A stretch of 64,000 nucleotides of DNA from Candidatus Zhuqueibacterota bacterium. GTDB lineage: Bacteria; Zhuqueibacterota; Zhuqueibacteria; Thermofontimicrobiales; Thermofontimicrobiaceae. Below are positions 29,400-39,740 of this stretch, one piece after another. The stretch's first letter is position 1; every line of letters begins with the position of its first letter. Position numbers and translations under genes: made by a program. The notes below the pieces were generated by a model. The model worked only from the letters and a program-made list of their open reading frames with translations, did no database searches and was not told the origin of the DNA. The stretch spans positions 96,001 through 160,000 of the forward strand of contig JBMOPW010000007.1 of NCBI GenBank assembly GCA_049322915.1, in the 5' to 3' direction.

Positions 29400-30317
29400 T
29401 TGATCTTGAAAAATCAAAAAATCGTGCCGCATCTCTGGTACGATGAAGAGGCTAAAGAGGCAGCGCAGTTCTATTGCGCGGCTTTCCCTGATTCGGAAAT
29501 CACGAGCGTCACGACCATGCGCGGAACGCCGGTTGGCGACAGTGATATTGTCTCGTTCTCGCTGGCCGGCCAGTTGTTCATGGCCATGAGCGCCGGCCCG
29601 TACTTCACCTTTAATCCGTCGGTGTCGTTCATGCTCAATTTTGATCCGTCGAAGGACAGCCGGGCGCGGGAAAACCTCGACGCGCTCTGGGACAAGCTTT
29701 CGCAGGGCGGCGTGGCGCTCATGCCGCTTGAGGAATACCCATTCAGCAAGCGTTATGGCTGGATTCAGGACAAATACGGTCTCTCGTGGCAGCTTATTCT
29801 GACAAATCCGGAGGGCGATGAGCGACCGTTCATCACGCCGTCGCTCCTGTTTGTCGGCGCAAACTGCGGTAAGACCGAAGAGGCGAGCGATCTCTACCTC
29901 TCAGTATTCGGGAATTCGAAGCGAGGGCTCATCGCACGCTATCCCGGCGGCATGGAGCCGGACAAAGAAGGGACGGTCATGTTCACCGACTTCATGCTCC
30001 ACGGCCAGTGGTTCTCGGCCATGGACAGCGCGCATCCGCATCAGTTCAATTTCAACGAAGCTGTGTCATTCATCGTCAACTGCGACACCCAGGATGAAAT
30101 CGATTATTACTGGAGCCGACTCTCAGCCGCGCCTGAAGCCGAGCAGTGCGGCTGGATCAAGGACAGGTACGGGTTGTCGTGGCAGATCGTGCCCGCTGCC
30201 CTGGATGAAATGATGCGGGATAACGATCCGGAGCGAGTGGATCGCGTGACGCAGGCTGTACTGAAAATGAAGAAGCTTGATCTCGCGGCGCTGCGACGGG
30301 TGTTCGACGCGAAGTGA
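29400..30317 (+). CDS. Double VOC-domain protein (PhnB/3-demethylubiquinone-methyltransferase-like)
   Basis: KIVPHLWYD, FNPSVSF, YGWIQDKYGLSWQ, CGWIKDRYGLSWQIVP, MKKLD. TTG start after AAGGAG. Confidence 0.9.
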   Translation: MILKNQKIVPHLWYDEEAKEAAQFYCAAFPDSEITSVTTMRGTPVGDSDIVSFSLAGQLFMAMSAGPYFTFNPSVSFMLNFDPSKDSRARENLDALWDKLSQGGVALMPLEEYPFSKRYGWIQDKYGLSWQLILTNPEGDERPFITPSLLFVGANCGKTEEASDLYLSVFGNSKRGLIARYPGGMEPDKEGTVMFTDFMLHGQWFSAMDSAHPHQFNFNEAVSFIVNCDTQDEIDYYWSRLSAAPEAEQCGWIKDRYGLSWQIVPAALDEMMRDNDPERVDRVTQAVLKMKKLDLAALRRVFDAK

Positions 30318-30403
30318 CAGCCATCGCCGGATCGCCGCTGACAGCGCATAGCGGGCGCATTGCCGTGATTAAAAACTGAATTTTTCAAAGGAGAATGGAA
30401 TCG

Positions 30404-31225
30404 ATGAAATTGGCATTTTCGACATTGGGCTGCCCGGCGTGGGATCTGGATATGATCCTTCGCAACGCCGCGCACATGGGATTCGATGGCGTCGAGCTGC
30501 GCGGGCTGGGCCAGACGCTGGACATCACGAGCCTGCCCGAATTCACGCGGGACAGGGAAATGACGCGCCGGAAATTCGCGGACGCCGGGATTGACGTCGT
30601 CTGTCTTTCCAGTTCGGTGCGCATGTCCGAGCCTGACGGAAAAAAGCGGGCGGAGCATCTGGATGAACTGAAGCGGTACGCCGAGCTGTGCGCGGTATTC
30701 GGGACGCCCAATATTCGCGTATTCGGCGGCGAGGTGGGGGAGCAACCATGGGAACAGGCCATCGACGAGGCGGCCGGGACGCTGGAAAAGATGATAGTCG
30801 CTATCAGCGATTTCCCGGCGCGGATCATTGTGGAGACTCACGATGACTGGCAGAAAGGCGCGCATTTCCATCAATTGATGAAGCTGGTCAATTCCGACAA
30901 AGCAGGGATTTTATGGGATGTGAATCATCCGTTCATGTTCATCGGCGAAGATCCCTTCGAAACCTGGGCGCAGGCTGGTCCATGGATTCATCACACGCAC
31001 TGGAAAGACTCGAAAATCGTCGTCGACACGGTGATGGGATTCGAGCCCTGTTTAATGGGCGAGGGCGATTTGCCTCATGATATGATTTACGAAGTGCTCC
31101 GGCGCGGCGGGTACGCCGGGTATCTCTCTCTCGAATGGGAGAAACGCTGGCATCCTGATCTGCCCGACCCGGAAATCGCTTTTCCCCAGTTCATACAATA
31201 CATGAAAAAACTAATGGCTGTGTAA
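30404..31225 (+). CDS. Sugar phosphate isomerase/epimerase (AP-endonuclease-2 TIM barrel)
   Basis: MKLAFSTLGCP, GFDGVELR, VETHDD, LWDVNH, HWKD, SLEWEKRWHP. Confidence 0.88.
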   Translation: MKLAFSTLGCPAWDLDMILRNAAHMGFDGVELRGLGQTLDITSLPEFTRDREMTRRKFADAGIDVVCLSSSVRMSEPDGKKRAEHLDELKRYAELCAVFGTPNIRVFGGEVGEQPWEQAIDEAAGTLEKMIVAISDFPARIIVETHDDWQKGAHFHQLMKLVNSDKAGILWDVNHPFMFIGEDPFETWAQAGPWIHHTHWKDSKIVVDTVMGFEPCLMGEGDLPHDMIYEVLRRGGYAGYLSLEWEKRWHPDLPDPEIAFPQFIQYMKKLMAV

Positions 31226-31272
31226 TTCGAGGGAAGGTATGAAACGCCAGTCAGTACATCTGATTTTCAGGA

Positions 31273-32367
31273 ATGACGATGAACTCTAAACAACGCGTGT
31301 CGGCTGCGTTGAATCGGCAGCCAGTCGATCGACCGCCGATTTTCATGTGGTTCCACCCGGACACGGCCGTGCGATTGGCCGCGGCGTTGGAAATTCCAGC
31401 GGCGTCTGTCTCGGAGGTCATGGGCGATGACGTGAAACAGGCCTGGGTGGCCAACAATTTCGCCATGGAAGGCATCGTGCATCAGCGCGATGGGGACGGT
31501 CATGTCGACGACTGGGGAATTCATTGGGTCAAAGAGGGTCCGTTCAACCAGATCAAGCATTATCCATTGCTGGACGCCAGTGACCATGAGTTGCAGCAGT
31601 ATCAATTTCCCCATTCGAAAATCGAAACGCTGTTGTCGAACATGAATCCGCTGGTAGAACGGGCGGAAGAATTTTTCATCGGCTGCGACGTTTCGCCCTG
31701 TCTGTTCGAAATGATCTGTCGGCTGCGCGGAATGGAAAACGCCATCATGGACCTGGCTGCCAATCCCGCTCTCTCGCACATGCTGCTGGAGAAATGCTGC
31801 CAATTTGCCGTGGAAATCAGTCAGAAGGCCTGCTCCCGATTCCCGCTGGACTGGCTCTGGACCGGGGATGACGTTGGCGGACAGCGGGCAATGATCATGA
31901 GCCCCCAGTCCTGGCGTGAAATGATTCGGCCGTATTTGCAGAAGATAGTCGATGTGGGAAAAAATCACGGGCTGCCGGTCGCCTATCATTCCTGCGGCGC
32001 AATTCGACCCATCATCCCGGAACTGATTGAAATGGGACTGGATGTGCTCAATCCCATTCAAAGCAATTGCCCGGGAATGGAACCGCTCGGGCTGAAAAAA
32101 GATTTCGGCCGGGATATCGCTTTCATGGGTGGTGTGGATACGGTGGAGTTGTTGCCGCACGCGACCGCTGCGGAAGTCAGTCGCGCCACCCATCGATTGA
32201 TCGACGGGATGACTGCGGACGGCGGAGGATTCATCCTGGCGGCGTCTCACACGGTTCCCCCTGAGACTCCGCTGGAAAATATTTTCGCCATGTACGACGC
32301 GGCCGGAATGAGTCGGGAGGAAATCCTCGACCGCGCCGCGGCTGTTCGCGCCGGACGAAACGGTTGA
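31273..32367 (+). CDS. Uroporphyrinogen decarboxylase-family (methyltransferase-like) protein
   Basis: VDRPP, DDWG, LRGME, GDDVG, YHSCG, NPIQ, FMGGVD, SHTV...TPLENI. Confidence 0.85.
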   Translation: MTMNSKQRVSAALNRQPVDRPPIFMWFHPDTAVRLAAALEIPAASVSEVMGDDVKQAWVANNFAMEGIVHQRDGDGHVDDWGIHWVKEGPFNQIKHYPLLDASDHELQQYQFPHSKIETLLSNMNPLVERAEEFFIGCDVSPCLFEMICRLRGMENAIMDLAANPALSHMLLEKCCQFAVEISQKACSRFPLDWLWTGDDVGGQRAMIMSPQSWREMIRPYLQKIVDVGKNHGLPVAYHSCGAIRPIIPELIEMGLDVLNPIQSNCPGMEPLGLKKDFGRDIAFMGGVDTVELLPHATAAEVSRATHRLIDGMTADGGGFILAASHTVPPETPLENIFAMYDAAGMSREEILDRAAAVRAGRNG

Positions 32368-32647
32368 ATAGCACCCATTGACAGGATGGGTGCGATTCGG
32401 AGTGAGTGAAGTGCATTCTTGATGAAATTTATATCTGACCTTTTTTGTCATAAGATTTCGAAGTTTTTTTTGAATAGAACATGGAAAATCCGTCAAACTT
32501 AAGGCGGATGTGCCGCACCGGTCATGCCGATGGCAGATGCGTCCTTCGGTGCAGTTACACAGAAAAAGAATCTGTGTAGCTCAGCGTTCTATTGTTTTTT
32601 TAATTCCGGCTTTTCCAGGTTTAGGAATAAATCAAGAGTGGATAACG

Positions 32648-33643
32648 ATGAAAAAATTCAGAGTAGGCGTTGACAGTTACAGTATTGGGCCGTTGAAATT
32701 GTCGCCATTCGAGGCGCTGGACTGGGCGCATCGCAACAATGCCGACGGGCTTCATTTCACCGAAGTGAATCTCAAAGAAAACGAAGTATTGGACAAAGCC
32801 TATCTGACCGATCTGGCGCAATACGCCGATGGCAAAAATCTTTACCTGGAATGGGGCGGCTGTCAGCATATCCCGTTTGACACCATGACATGGCAGCCGG
32901 TGGATCTGGTGAAGATCAATCGCAAAGCCGCTGAAGAAGCCAATGTGCTGGGCGCAACAATCATCCGTTCCTGCTCCGGCGGATTGATGCGCTGGCGCGA
33001 TAATTCGCCGGCCACGGAATCGCTGCTGCGGGAGATGGCCCGAGCGCTGAAACCGCAGAAGCAGATGTTCAACGATCTCCACGTGGTGCTGGGCATCGAA
33101 CTGCATTTCGAATTCACCACGTTCGAATTGCTGAAGCTGTTCGACATGTGCGATGCAGAACCCGGCGATTTTCTGGGCGTGTGTCTGGATACCATGAATT
33201 TGCTCACCATGCTGGAAGACCCGGTGATGGGCACGGAGCGAATTCTCCCCTGGGTCGTCGCCACCCATTGCAAAGATGGCGGCATTCTGTTGAATGAGCA
33301 GGGCTTTGTCTCGTTCACCGCCCAGGCCGGCACCGGCATTGTCGACTGGGACAAGGTGCTGCGCCGGTTGGCAACGCTGAAACGGGAAATAAATCTGTCC
33401 ATTGAAGATCACGGCGGCAGTTTCGATATCCCTATTTTCGATCCCACGTTCCTGTCCAGATTTCCGGACCTGACAACGCTGGAAATGAGCCGGCTGCTGC
33501 GCCTGGCTCAGGAGACCGCGGCGCGCGTGAACCGTGGTGAAATCGGCATATTGCCACGACCGGAATGGCCAAAGAATTGCGAGGGACGAATGCGAAAAGG
33601 CATTCAGAGTTTGAAACGGATTGTCGATGAATTGTCGGAGTGA
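32648..33643 (+). CDS. Xylose-isomerase-like TIM barrel protein
   Basis: GVDSYS, GIELH, CLDTMN, HCKD, SIEDH metal-ligand pattern. Confidence 0.8.
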   Translation: MKKFRVGVDSYSIGPLKLSPFEALDWAHRNNADGLHFTEVNLKENEVLDKAYLTDLAQYADGKNLYLEWGGCQHIPFDTMTWQPVDLVKINRKAAEEANVLGATIIRSCSGGLMRWRDNSPATESLLREMARALKPQKQMFNDLHVVLGIELHFEFTTFELLKLFDMCDAEPGDFLGVCLDTMNLLTMLEDPVMGTERILPWVVATHCKDGGILLNEQGFVSFTAQAGTGIVDWDKVLRRLATLKREINLSIEDHGGSFDIPIFDPTFLSRFPDLTTLEMSRLLRLAQETAARVNRGEIGILPRPEWPKNCEGRMRKGIQSLKRIVDELSE

Positions 33644-33760
33644 ACCGGGAAGCGATGCAGCGCCAACCCGAACAGCGTTGTGAAAATGGATAGCTGCCGG
33701 GCCCGGATGCGGTTTTATTTCCTATGAAAAAAATGAAACACACATCATAAACAGGAGCAC

Positions 33761-36406
33761 ATGATGTCAGCTCATGCGCGATTTAAATTTAAAGACAAAT
33801 ACGAGTTGTTGAAAAAGGCCGATGAATTGGGCATTGACCTCCCATTTTCCGATGATATTTCCATCCTGTTCGAGAAGGTGAAGGTCGGCGAAAAGACGCT
33901 GCCCAACCGCTTCGCTGTTCATCCCATGGAAGGATTCGACGCCGATATCAACGGAACGCCGGGCGAGCTATCGTTCCGGCGATACCGGCGCTATGCTGCC
34001 GGCGGCAGTGGGTTGATCTGGTTTGAAGCGACCGCTGTGAATCCGGAGGGTCGGTCCAATCCCCATCAGTTGATGATCTCTGCGGAAAATGTCGGTGTGT
34101 ACAAACGGCTGGTTGAGGAAACGCGGGAGACGGCTGCGAAGAATTTCCCGGCTTCCCACAATCCGATGCTCCTTTTGCAATTGACTCACTCCGGCCGGTA
34201 TTCCAAACCGTACGGCAAACCCCGGCCCATCATTGCCCATCACAGCGTGATACTTGATCCGATCCACCAATTGCCGGAAAATTATCCCCTGATCTGCGAC
34301 GATGAACTGGATGCATTGCAGGAGGTGTACGTTGCTGCGGCGCAACTGGCCGCGGACGCCGGTTTCGATGGCGTCGATATCAAAGCCTGCCATCGCTATC
34401 TGGTTTCCGAACTGCTGGCTTCTTTCACGCGGACGGAGAGCAAATACGGCGGTTCACTGGAAAACCGCGCCCGATTTTTAGTGGAGACAGCGGCGAAGAT
34501 CAGGCAGCGCGTGAAGAACATCTTTGTCACCAGCCGGCTCAATGTGTACGACGCGATTCAATATCCGTACGGTTTCGGAATGGCCGCCGACGGGGCCATG
34601 CGCGAGGACCTGAGCGAACCGAAACAACTGCTGAGTCAATTGGCCGACGTGGGATATCCGCTCATCAATCTCAGCATCGGCAATCCCTATTTTCTACCCC
34701 ACATCGGTCGGCCATTCGATTTCCCTGTGGCCGGAATGAATCCGCCGGACGAGCATCCGTTGCGCGGCGTGGTGCGGCTGCTGCGCATCGTCGGAGAGAT
34801 GCAGCAGAACATGCCGGAATTGCCGGTCATCGGCACCGGCTACGCATGGCTGCGGCACTTTTTTCCGCACGTGGCGTCTGCCATTGTCCAGCAGGGAAAA
34901 GCGACGCTCATCGGACAGGGTCGAGGCGCTTTTGCCTATCCTGATTCGGTGAACGACCTGATGACGTCGGGCACAATGGATCCGCACAAGGTGTGCGTGG
35001 CCTGCTCCGGCTGCACCCAGATCATGCGCGACGGCGGACAAACCGGCTGCGTCATTCGCGATAAAGAAATTTACGGCGTCGAATACCGGCGCGCGAGGAG
35101 AAGGTCGCCGGACATGCTGAAAAAAGAGGCCCTGCGTTGCCGCGATTGCGATGCTGCGATGTGCCAGCTTGCCTGCCCGGCCGGTCTGGATGTGCCGGGA
35201 TTCATCCGCGCCTATGCCGAAAACGATATTGAGAAAGCCTATTCCATTCTGGCGGAGCGGAATGTATTCCCGGAGATGTGCGCGCTCATCTGTCCTGTGG
35301 AGGTGCAATGCCAGGGCGCGTGCCTGGAGACGATTCTGTCCGGCATGCCAGTAGCTATTGCGGATATTCAGCGGGACATTGCCCGAAAGGCGCGGGAGAT
35401 GGGACTGACGGCAGTGCGGATTCCCGGGCATTCCACCGGCAAAAAAGTTGCGGTCGTGGGCGCTGGTCCGGCCGGCATCGCCTGCGCCGCCAAATTGCTG
35501 CAACTTGGCCACTCCGTGGAGATTCTGGAGAGAGCGGACAACGTGGGCGGCATTCCCGGAACAACCATCCCTTTTGCCAGAATCGACGTTGAAATCGTCT
35601 GCGCCGAAGCCGATAGCCTGTTCACTGAAGCGCAGAAGAAAGAGAGGCTGACGATTCGCACCAAATTTCCATTGAACAAAACGAACAGCCTGGATGCGTT
35701 GCAGCACAACTATGACGCCATCTTTTTGGGCTTTGGGCTGTCTGCCTCCATGAGTCTGCCGGGTGCTACATCAGTCCCGGGCGGCGTGGAAGACGCCCTG
35801 TCCTTTTTGAAGCGAATGAAGACGAGACGCGATGTTGCCGTGGGGGGCAAGGTCGCCGTGCTGGGCGGCGGCAACACTGCGATCGATGCGGCTGTCGTCG
35901 CGAAACAGAATGGCGCGCAGGATGTGTACATTATCTACCGGCGGTCGTTCAACGAAATGCCAGCCTGGCCCAAAGAACGGGATGAGGCGCTGGAACAGGG
36001 CATTCATTTCATGATTTTGTCCCAACCGCTGGATTATATCGCGGAAAATGGCCGGCTCGTCGGTCTGAAAATTGTTCGCACCGAGTTGGGCGAGGCGGAT
36101 GGCAGTGGGCGACGCCGGCCGGTGAACATCCCCGGCAGCGAATTCATTCTTCGCATCGATCATGCGATTGAAGCCATTGGCCAGCGCATCGATGACGAGA
36201 CGCGGCAGGCGCTGGGAGGCATTGCGCTCAATGACAATGGCTGGCTCCGCGTGGATGTGCAGTTCCGAACCTCGATGAATCGCGTGTATGCCGGCGGCGA
36301 TATCATCAATGGCGGCGCCACAGCGGTTCAGGCCGTCACCGATGGCATGCAGGCGGCTGTGGTCATGGATCAGGCGCTGAAAGAGCCGACCGGACCAGCG
36401 AAATAA
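33761..36406 (+). CDS. NADH:flavin oxidoreductase (Old Yellow Enzyme-like) fused to GltD/PreT-like Fe-S/FAD/NAD(P)H module
   Basis: PNRFAVHPMEG, QLTHSGRYS, GFDGVDIKACHRYL, CVACSGC; then CRDC...CQLACP, CALICP..QCQGAC, GAGPAG, GGGNTAID, YRRS, AGGD. Confidence 0.88.
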   Translation: MMSAHARFKFKDKYELLKKADELGIDLPFSDDISILFEKVKVGEKTLPNRFAVHPMEGFDADINGTPGELSFRRYRRYAAGGSGLIWFEATAVNPEGRSNPHQLMISAENVGVYKRLVEETRETAAKNFPASHNPMLLLQLTHSGRYSKPYGKPRPIIAHHSVILDPIHQLPENYPLICDDELDALQEVYVAAAQLAADAGFDGVDIKACHRYLVSELLASFTRTESKYGGSLENRARFLVETAAKIRQRVKNIFVTSRLNVYDAIQYPYGFGMAADGAMREDLSEPKQLLSQLADVGYPLINLSIGNPYFLPHIGRPFDFPVAGMNPPDEHPLRGVVRLLRIVGEMQQNMPELPVIGTGYAWLRHFFPHVASAIVQQGKATLIGQGRGAFAYPDSVNDLMTSGTMDPHKVCVACSGCTQIMRDGGQTGCVIRDKEIYGVEYRRARRRSPDMLKKEALRCRDCDAAMCQLACPAGLDVPGFIRAYAENDIEKAYSILAERNVFPEMCALICPVEVQCQGACLETILSGMPVAIADIQRDIARKAREMGLTAVRIPGHSTGKKVAVVGAGPAGIACAAKLLQLGHSVEILERADNVGGIPGTTIPFARIDVEIVCAEADSLFTEAQKKERLTIRTKFPLNKTNSLDALQHNYDAIFLGFGLSASMSLPGATSVPGGVEDALSFLKRMKTRRDVAVGGKVAVLGGGNTAIDAAVVAKQNGAQDVYIIYRRSFNEMPAWPKERDEALEQGIHFMILSQPLDYIAENGRLVGLKIVRTELGEADGSGRRRPVNIPGSEFILRIDHAIEAIGQRIDDETRQALGGIALNDNGWLRVDVQFRTSMNRVYAGGDIINGGATAVQAVTDGMQAAVVMDQALKEPTGPAK

Positions 36407-36637
36407 TATGGATGACGCTGATCGCCGCGGTGAAAAAAAATAACGATTTTTTAATCTGTGAATATCCGCGTCATCCGTGTCATCCGCGTGCTATTATTTT
36501 TCAATGCAAATAGAACCCGGATTATCCTCCAAAAAGATGGCGGACATTCCGCGCTGCTGACGCTGATCGTTGCGGTGAAAGTAAAAGCGATTTTTTAATC
36601 TGTGAACATCCGCGTTATCCGCGTCATCCGCGTGCTA
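36407..36637. repeat. Two tandem copies of a CGGATGAC/ATCCGCGT-family palindromic repeat
   Basis: ACGCTGATCG..GCGGTGAAA...CGATTTTTTAATCTGTGAA.ATCCGCGT.ATCCG.GTCATCCGCGTGCTA occurs at about 36407-36493 and 36511-36637. Confidence 0.8.
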
Positions 36638-36692
36638 TCATTTTTCCGCTGATGACCGACGTGAATTACTAACATTTTTCAAGAGAACTACG

Positions 36693-38702
36693 ATGACACA
36701 ATCAGAGATCAAATTAACGAACGTGACCCTGCCGGTGGTTTCGCTGAATACGCTGGTGATAGGCAGCGGCGCAGCGGCATTGAACGCGGCCGTGAATCTC
36801 TACAACAACGGACAGAAGGATATTGCCATTGTCACGGATTTGTGGGGCGGCGGAACATCCAACAACACCGGCTCGGACAAGCAGACCTATTACAAAGTGT
36901 CGCTGTCCGGGGATATGCCGGATTCTGCGCTGGAAATGGCCAGAGACCTGTTCAAAGGCGGCTGTATGCACGGCGATATCGCCCTGTGCGAGGCGCAAAA
37001 TTCGGCACAGGCCTTCTTTCATCTCGTCAGTCTGGGCGTGCCGTTTCCTCACGACCGATACGGCGCGTTCGTCGGCTACAAAACCGACCACGATCCGCGC
37101 GCGCGGGCCACTTCGGCCGGGCCGCTGACGTCCAATCTCATGTTCAAAGCGCTGGCGCAGGATGTTGAAAATAAAAAAATCAAAGTCTTCGATAAACACG
37201 AAATCATCAGCCTTTTGACCACTTCGGACGGCGCAGGGAAGAAGGTGGTTGGCGCCATTGCCCTGGACCGGAATCACCTGGAATCGGAGCGTTTGGGTTT
37301 CGTGCTGTTCAATGCCGTGAATGTCGTGCTGGGCAGCGGTGGACCAGCCGGCATGTACAAAACTTCGGTTTACCCTGAGAGTCAGTTGGGTTCCAGCGGA
37401 CTGGCATTCGAAATCGGCGCCATCGGCAACAATCTCACGGAATCTCAATACGGACTGGCATCGATCAAATTCCGCTGGAATTTGTCCGGCACGTATCAGC
37501 AGGTGATCCCCCGCTACGTCTCGGCCGACGCGGATGGCCGGGATGAGTGCGAATTTCTCAATGACTATTTCCCGGATATGGGTAGGTTGGCGACGGCCAT
37601 TTTTCTGAAAGGCTACCAGTGGCCATTTGATCCCCGCAAAGTGCACAATTACGGGTCCTCGTTGATCGATATTCTCGTGTTTCAGGAAACAGTGAAAAAG
37701 GGACGCCGGGTATTCCTCGATTTTCAGAACAATCCTTCCGGCGGCGGTACGCTGGACGATTTTTCGTTCGATGCGCTCGCCCCGGAGGCGTTTTCGTACC
37801 TCGAAAAATCCGGCGCACTCTTCGGCAGGCCGATTGATCGGCTGCAGAAAATGAATCAGCCGGCCATTGATCTGTACCGGAATCACCAGATTGACATCAC
37901 CCGCGAGTTCCTGGAAATCGCTGTGTGCGCTCAGCACAACAACGGCGGGCTCAAAGGAAACCACTGGTGGGAGTCCAATATCAGGCATCTGTTCCCTGTC
38001 GGTGAAGTGAACGGCAGTCACGGGGTGTATCGCCCGGGCGGTTCCGCGCTGAATGCCGGACAGACCGGCAGCATGCGCGCCGCGCTGTTCATCGCCAGAC
38101 GATATGGGGAGGAGCCGCCGGCAGTCCCGGAATTTTTGGCGGCGACCGAAGGGCAGATCAGGAAGAAGCTGGATGATGCGAAAAAAATGATCGCTCCGCA
38201 GGCAGCGGACTTATTGTACCTGGCTGCATCGCGGGATGAACTGCAGCGGCGCATGTCCGCGGCCGGGGCGCACATTCGCCATCCGGAAGAGGTGAAAAAG
38301 GCGGTGCGCGAGGCATGGCAACAGTGCAGGCGCATGAAGACCGGGATGAAAATCGCGTCGGCCCGGGACCTGCCCGCGGCGTTGCGCAATCTGGACCTGT
38401 GCCTGACCCACGCCCTGTATCTCGATGCCATTCAGGAGTATCTCGAAAAAGGCGGGAAAAGCCGGGGATCGTATCTGGTGATGGATCCGAATGGTGAAAA
38501 ACCGGCGGCGGAATTGGGGGATGACTGGAAGTTCAGCCTGACCGACGCCGGGGCCTTTGTGAGTTCCAAAATCCTGGAAATCTGGCTGGATGAAGCGCAG
38601 CAGGTGCAAAAGGATTGGGTGGATATTCGTCCCATTCCGCAGGAGGATTCCTGGTTCGAAAATGTGTGGAATGAATACCGGAAAGATAATATAATCAGAT
38701 AG
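36693..38702 (+). CDS. FAD-binding oxidoreductase, SdhA/FrdA/NadB-like superfamily, uncharacterised subfamily
   Basis: VIGSGAA, GTSNNTGSDKQTYYK, AQHNNGG, FPVGEVNGSHGVYRPGGSALN, SRGS. Confidence 0.8.
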   Translation: MTQSEIKLTNVTLPVVSLNTLVIGSGAAALNAAVNLYNNGQKDIAIVTDLWGGGTSNNTGSDKQTYYKVSLSGDMPDSALEMARDLFKGGCMHGDIALCEAQNSAQAFFHLVSLGVPFPHDRYGAFVGYKTDHDPRARATSAGPLTSNLMFKALAQDVENKKIKVFDKHEIISLLTTSDGAGKKVVGAIALDRNHLESERLGFVLFNAVNVVLGSGGPAGMYKTSVYPESQLGSSGLAFEIGAIGNNLTESQYGLASIKFRWNLSGTYQQVIPRYVSADADGRDECEFLNDYFPDMGRLATAIFLKGYQWPFDPRKVHNYGSSLIDILVFQETVKKGRRVFLDFQNNPSGGGTLDDFSFDALAPEAFSYLEKSGALFGRPIDRLQKMNQPAIDLYRNHQIDITREFLEIAVCAQHNNGGLKGNHWWESNIRHLFPVGEVNGSHGVYRPGGSALNAGQTGSMRAALFIARRYGEEPPAVPEFLAATEGQIRKKLDDAKKMIAPQAADLLYLAASRDELQRRMSAAGAHIRHPEEVKKAVREAWQQCRRMKTGMKIASARDLPAALRNLDLCLTHALYLDAIQEYLEKGGKSRGSYLVMDPNGEKPAAELGDDWKFSLTDAGAFVSSKILEIWLDEAQQVQKDWVDIRPIPQEDSWFENVWNEYRKDNIIR

Positions 38703-38711
38703 GAGACGACA

Positions 38712-39503
38712 GTGAATTTGAGACGCGTCGCAATTGTCACCGGCGCCGGCCAGGGCATTGGCCGCGGCATCGCGCTGGAGTTGGCGAAAAATGGCTTCGA
38801 CATCGCCGGAGTGGATATCGTGTATCAGCCTGAAAATAAAGAGAAAGGGTTGTTCGAGGTGAAAGCGGAGGCCGAAAAAGCCGGCGCGGCGTTTTTGCCG
38901 ATACAGGCGGATATTTCGCGTCTGGACGACCACCAGAAAATTGTCGATCAGAGCCTGGGGACATTTCACCGGATCGATTTGCTAGTGAACAACGCCGGAG
39001 TGGCGCCCAAACAGCGCCTGGACATTCTCGAGACCACGCCGGAGAGTTTTGATCGATTGCTCACCATCAACACGCGCGGCCCGTTCTTTATGACTCAGTT
39101 AGTGGCGCGAAACATGGTGGCGCATCTGGCGGATTATGGGGAGCAGAAGCCGCAGATCATTTTCATCTCGTCAATCTCGGCCTATGTTTCATCCACGGCG
39201 CGGGCCGAGTATTGCATCTCCAAATCGGCCATCAGCATGGGCGCGACGGTGTTCGCCCACCGATTAGCGGAATACGGCATCAATGTGTTCGAACTGCGGC
39301 CGGGCATCATTCAAACGGACATGACGGCTGTGGTCAAAGAAAAATATGACGCGCTCATTGAACAAGGGCTCATTCCTCAAAAACGGTGGGGTTTCCCGGA
39401 GGATATTGGCCGTGCTGTGGTCGGACTGGCAAAAGGGTATTTCAATTATTCCACCGGACTTGTCGCTGAGGTGAGCGGCGGCATGAATATCGTGAGACTT
39501 TGA
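38712..39503 (+). CDS. Short-chain dehydrogenase/reductase (3-ketoacyl-ACP reductase-like)
   Basis: TGAGQGIG, NNAG, SSIS, YCISK, RPGIIQTDMT. Confidence 0.9.
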   Translation: MNLRRVAIVTGAGQGIGRGIALELAKNGFDIAGVDIVYQPENKEKGLFEVKAEAEKAGAAFLPIQADISRLDDHQKIVDQSLGTFHRIDLLVNNAGVAPKQRLDILETTPESFDRLLTINTRGPFFMTQLVARNMVAHLADYGEQKPQIIFISSISAYVSSTARAEYCISKSAISMGATVFAHRLAEYGINVFELRPGIIQTDMTAVVKEKYDALIEQGLIPQKRWGFPEDIGRAVVGLAKGYFNYSTGLVAEVSGGMNIVRL

Positions 39504-39740
39504 AAGGTGCAAACCTTTTAAATTCATCTCCGTATTTTTTACTGTCATTCTGGTCAGGCGCCTTCTGATCGCGCTTGATATTTTTCCAGCGCAGGTAATG
39601 GCTGTGACGAATGTCCCCGTATATGCGCACCGTTCGGGATATTGATCCCGAACGATCGTTGGCAGTCTTTGTGTATTACAAATGACTAAACAGTTACATG
39701 TGCGCATTTCCGAATTGATAAATTTATTAAGGAGGATATA

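Noticed and set aside
27754..32367. hemL and hemE calls suggesting tetrapyrrole synthesis
   Set aside because: Both are divergent family members in a sugar-catabolic context with no other hem genes, so no gene symbols were assigned.
31267..38021. Long antisense ORFs (409, 263, 337 and 435 aa) in the catabolic cluster
   Set aside because: They fully overlap motif-bearing plus-strand genes in GC-rich DNA and have no recognisable domains.
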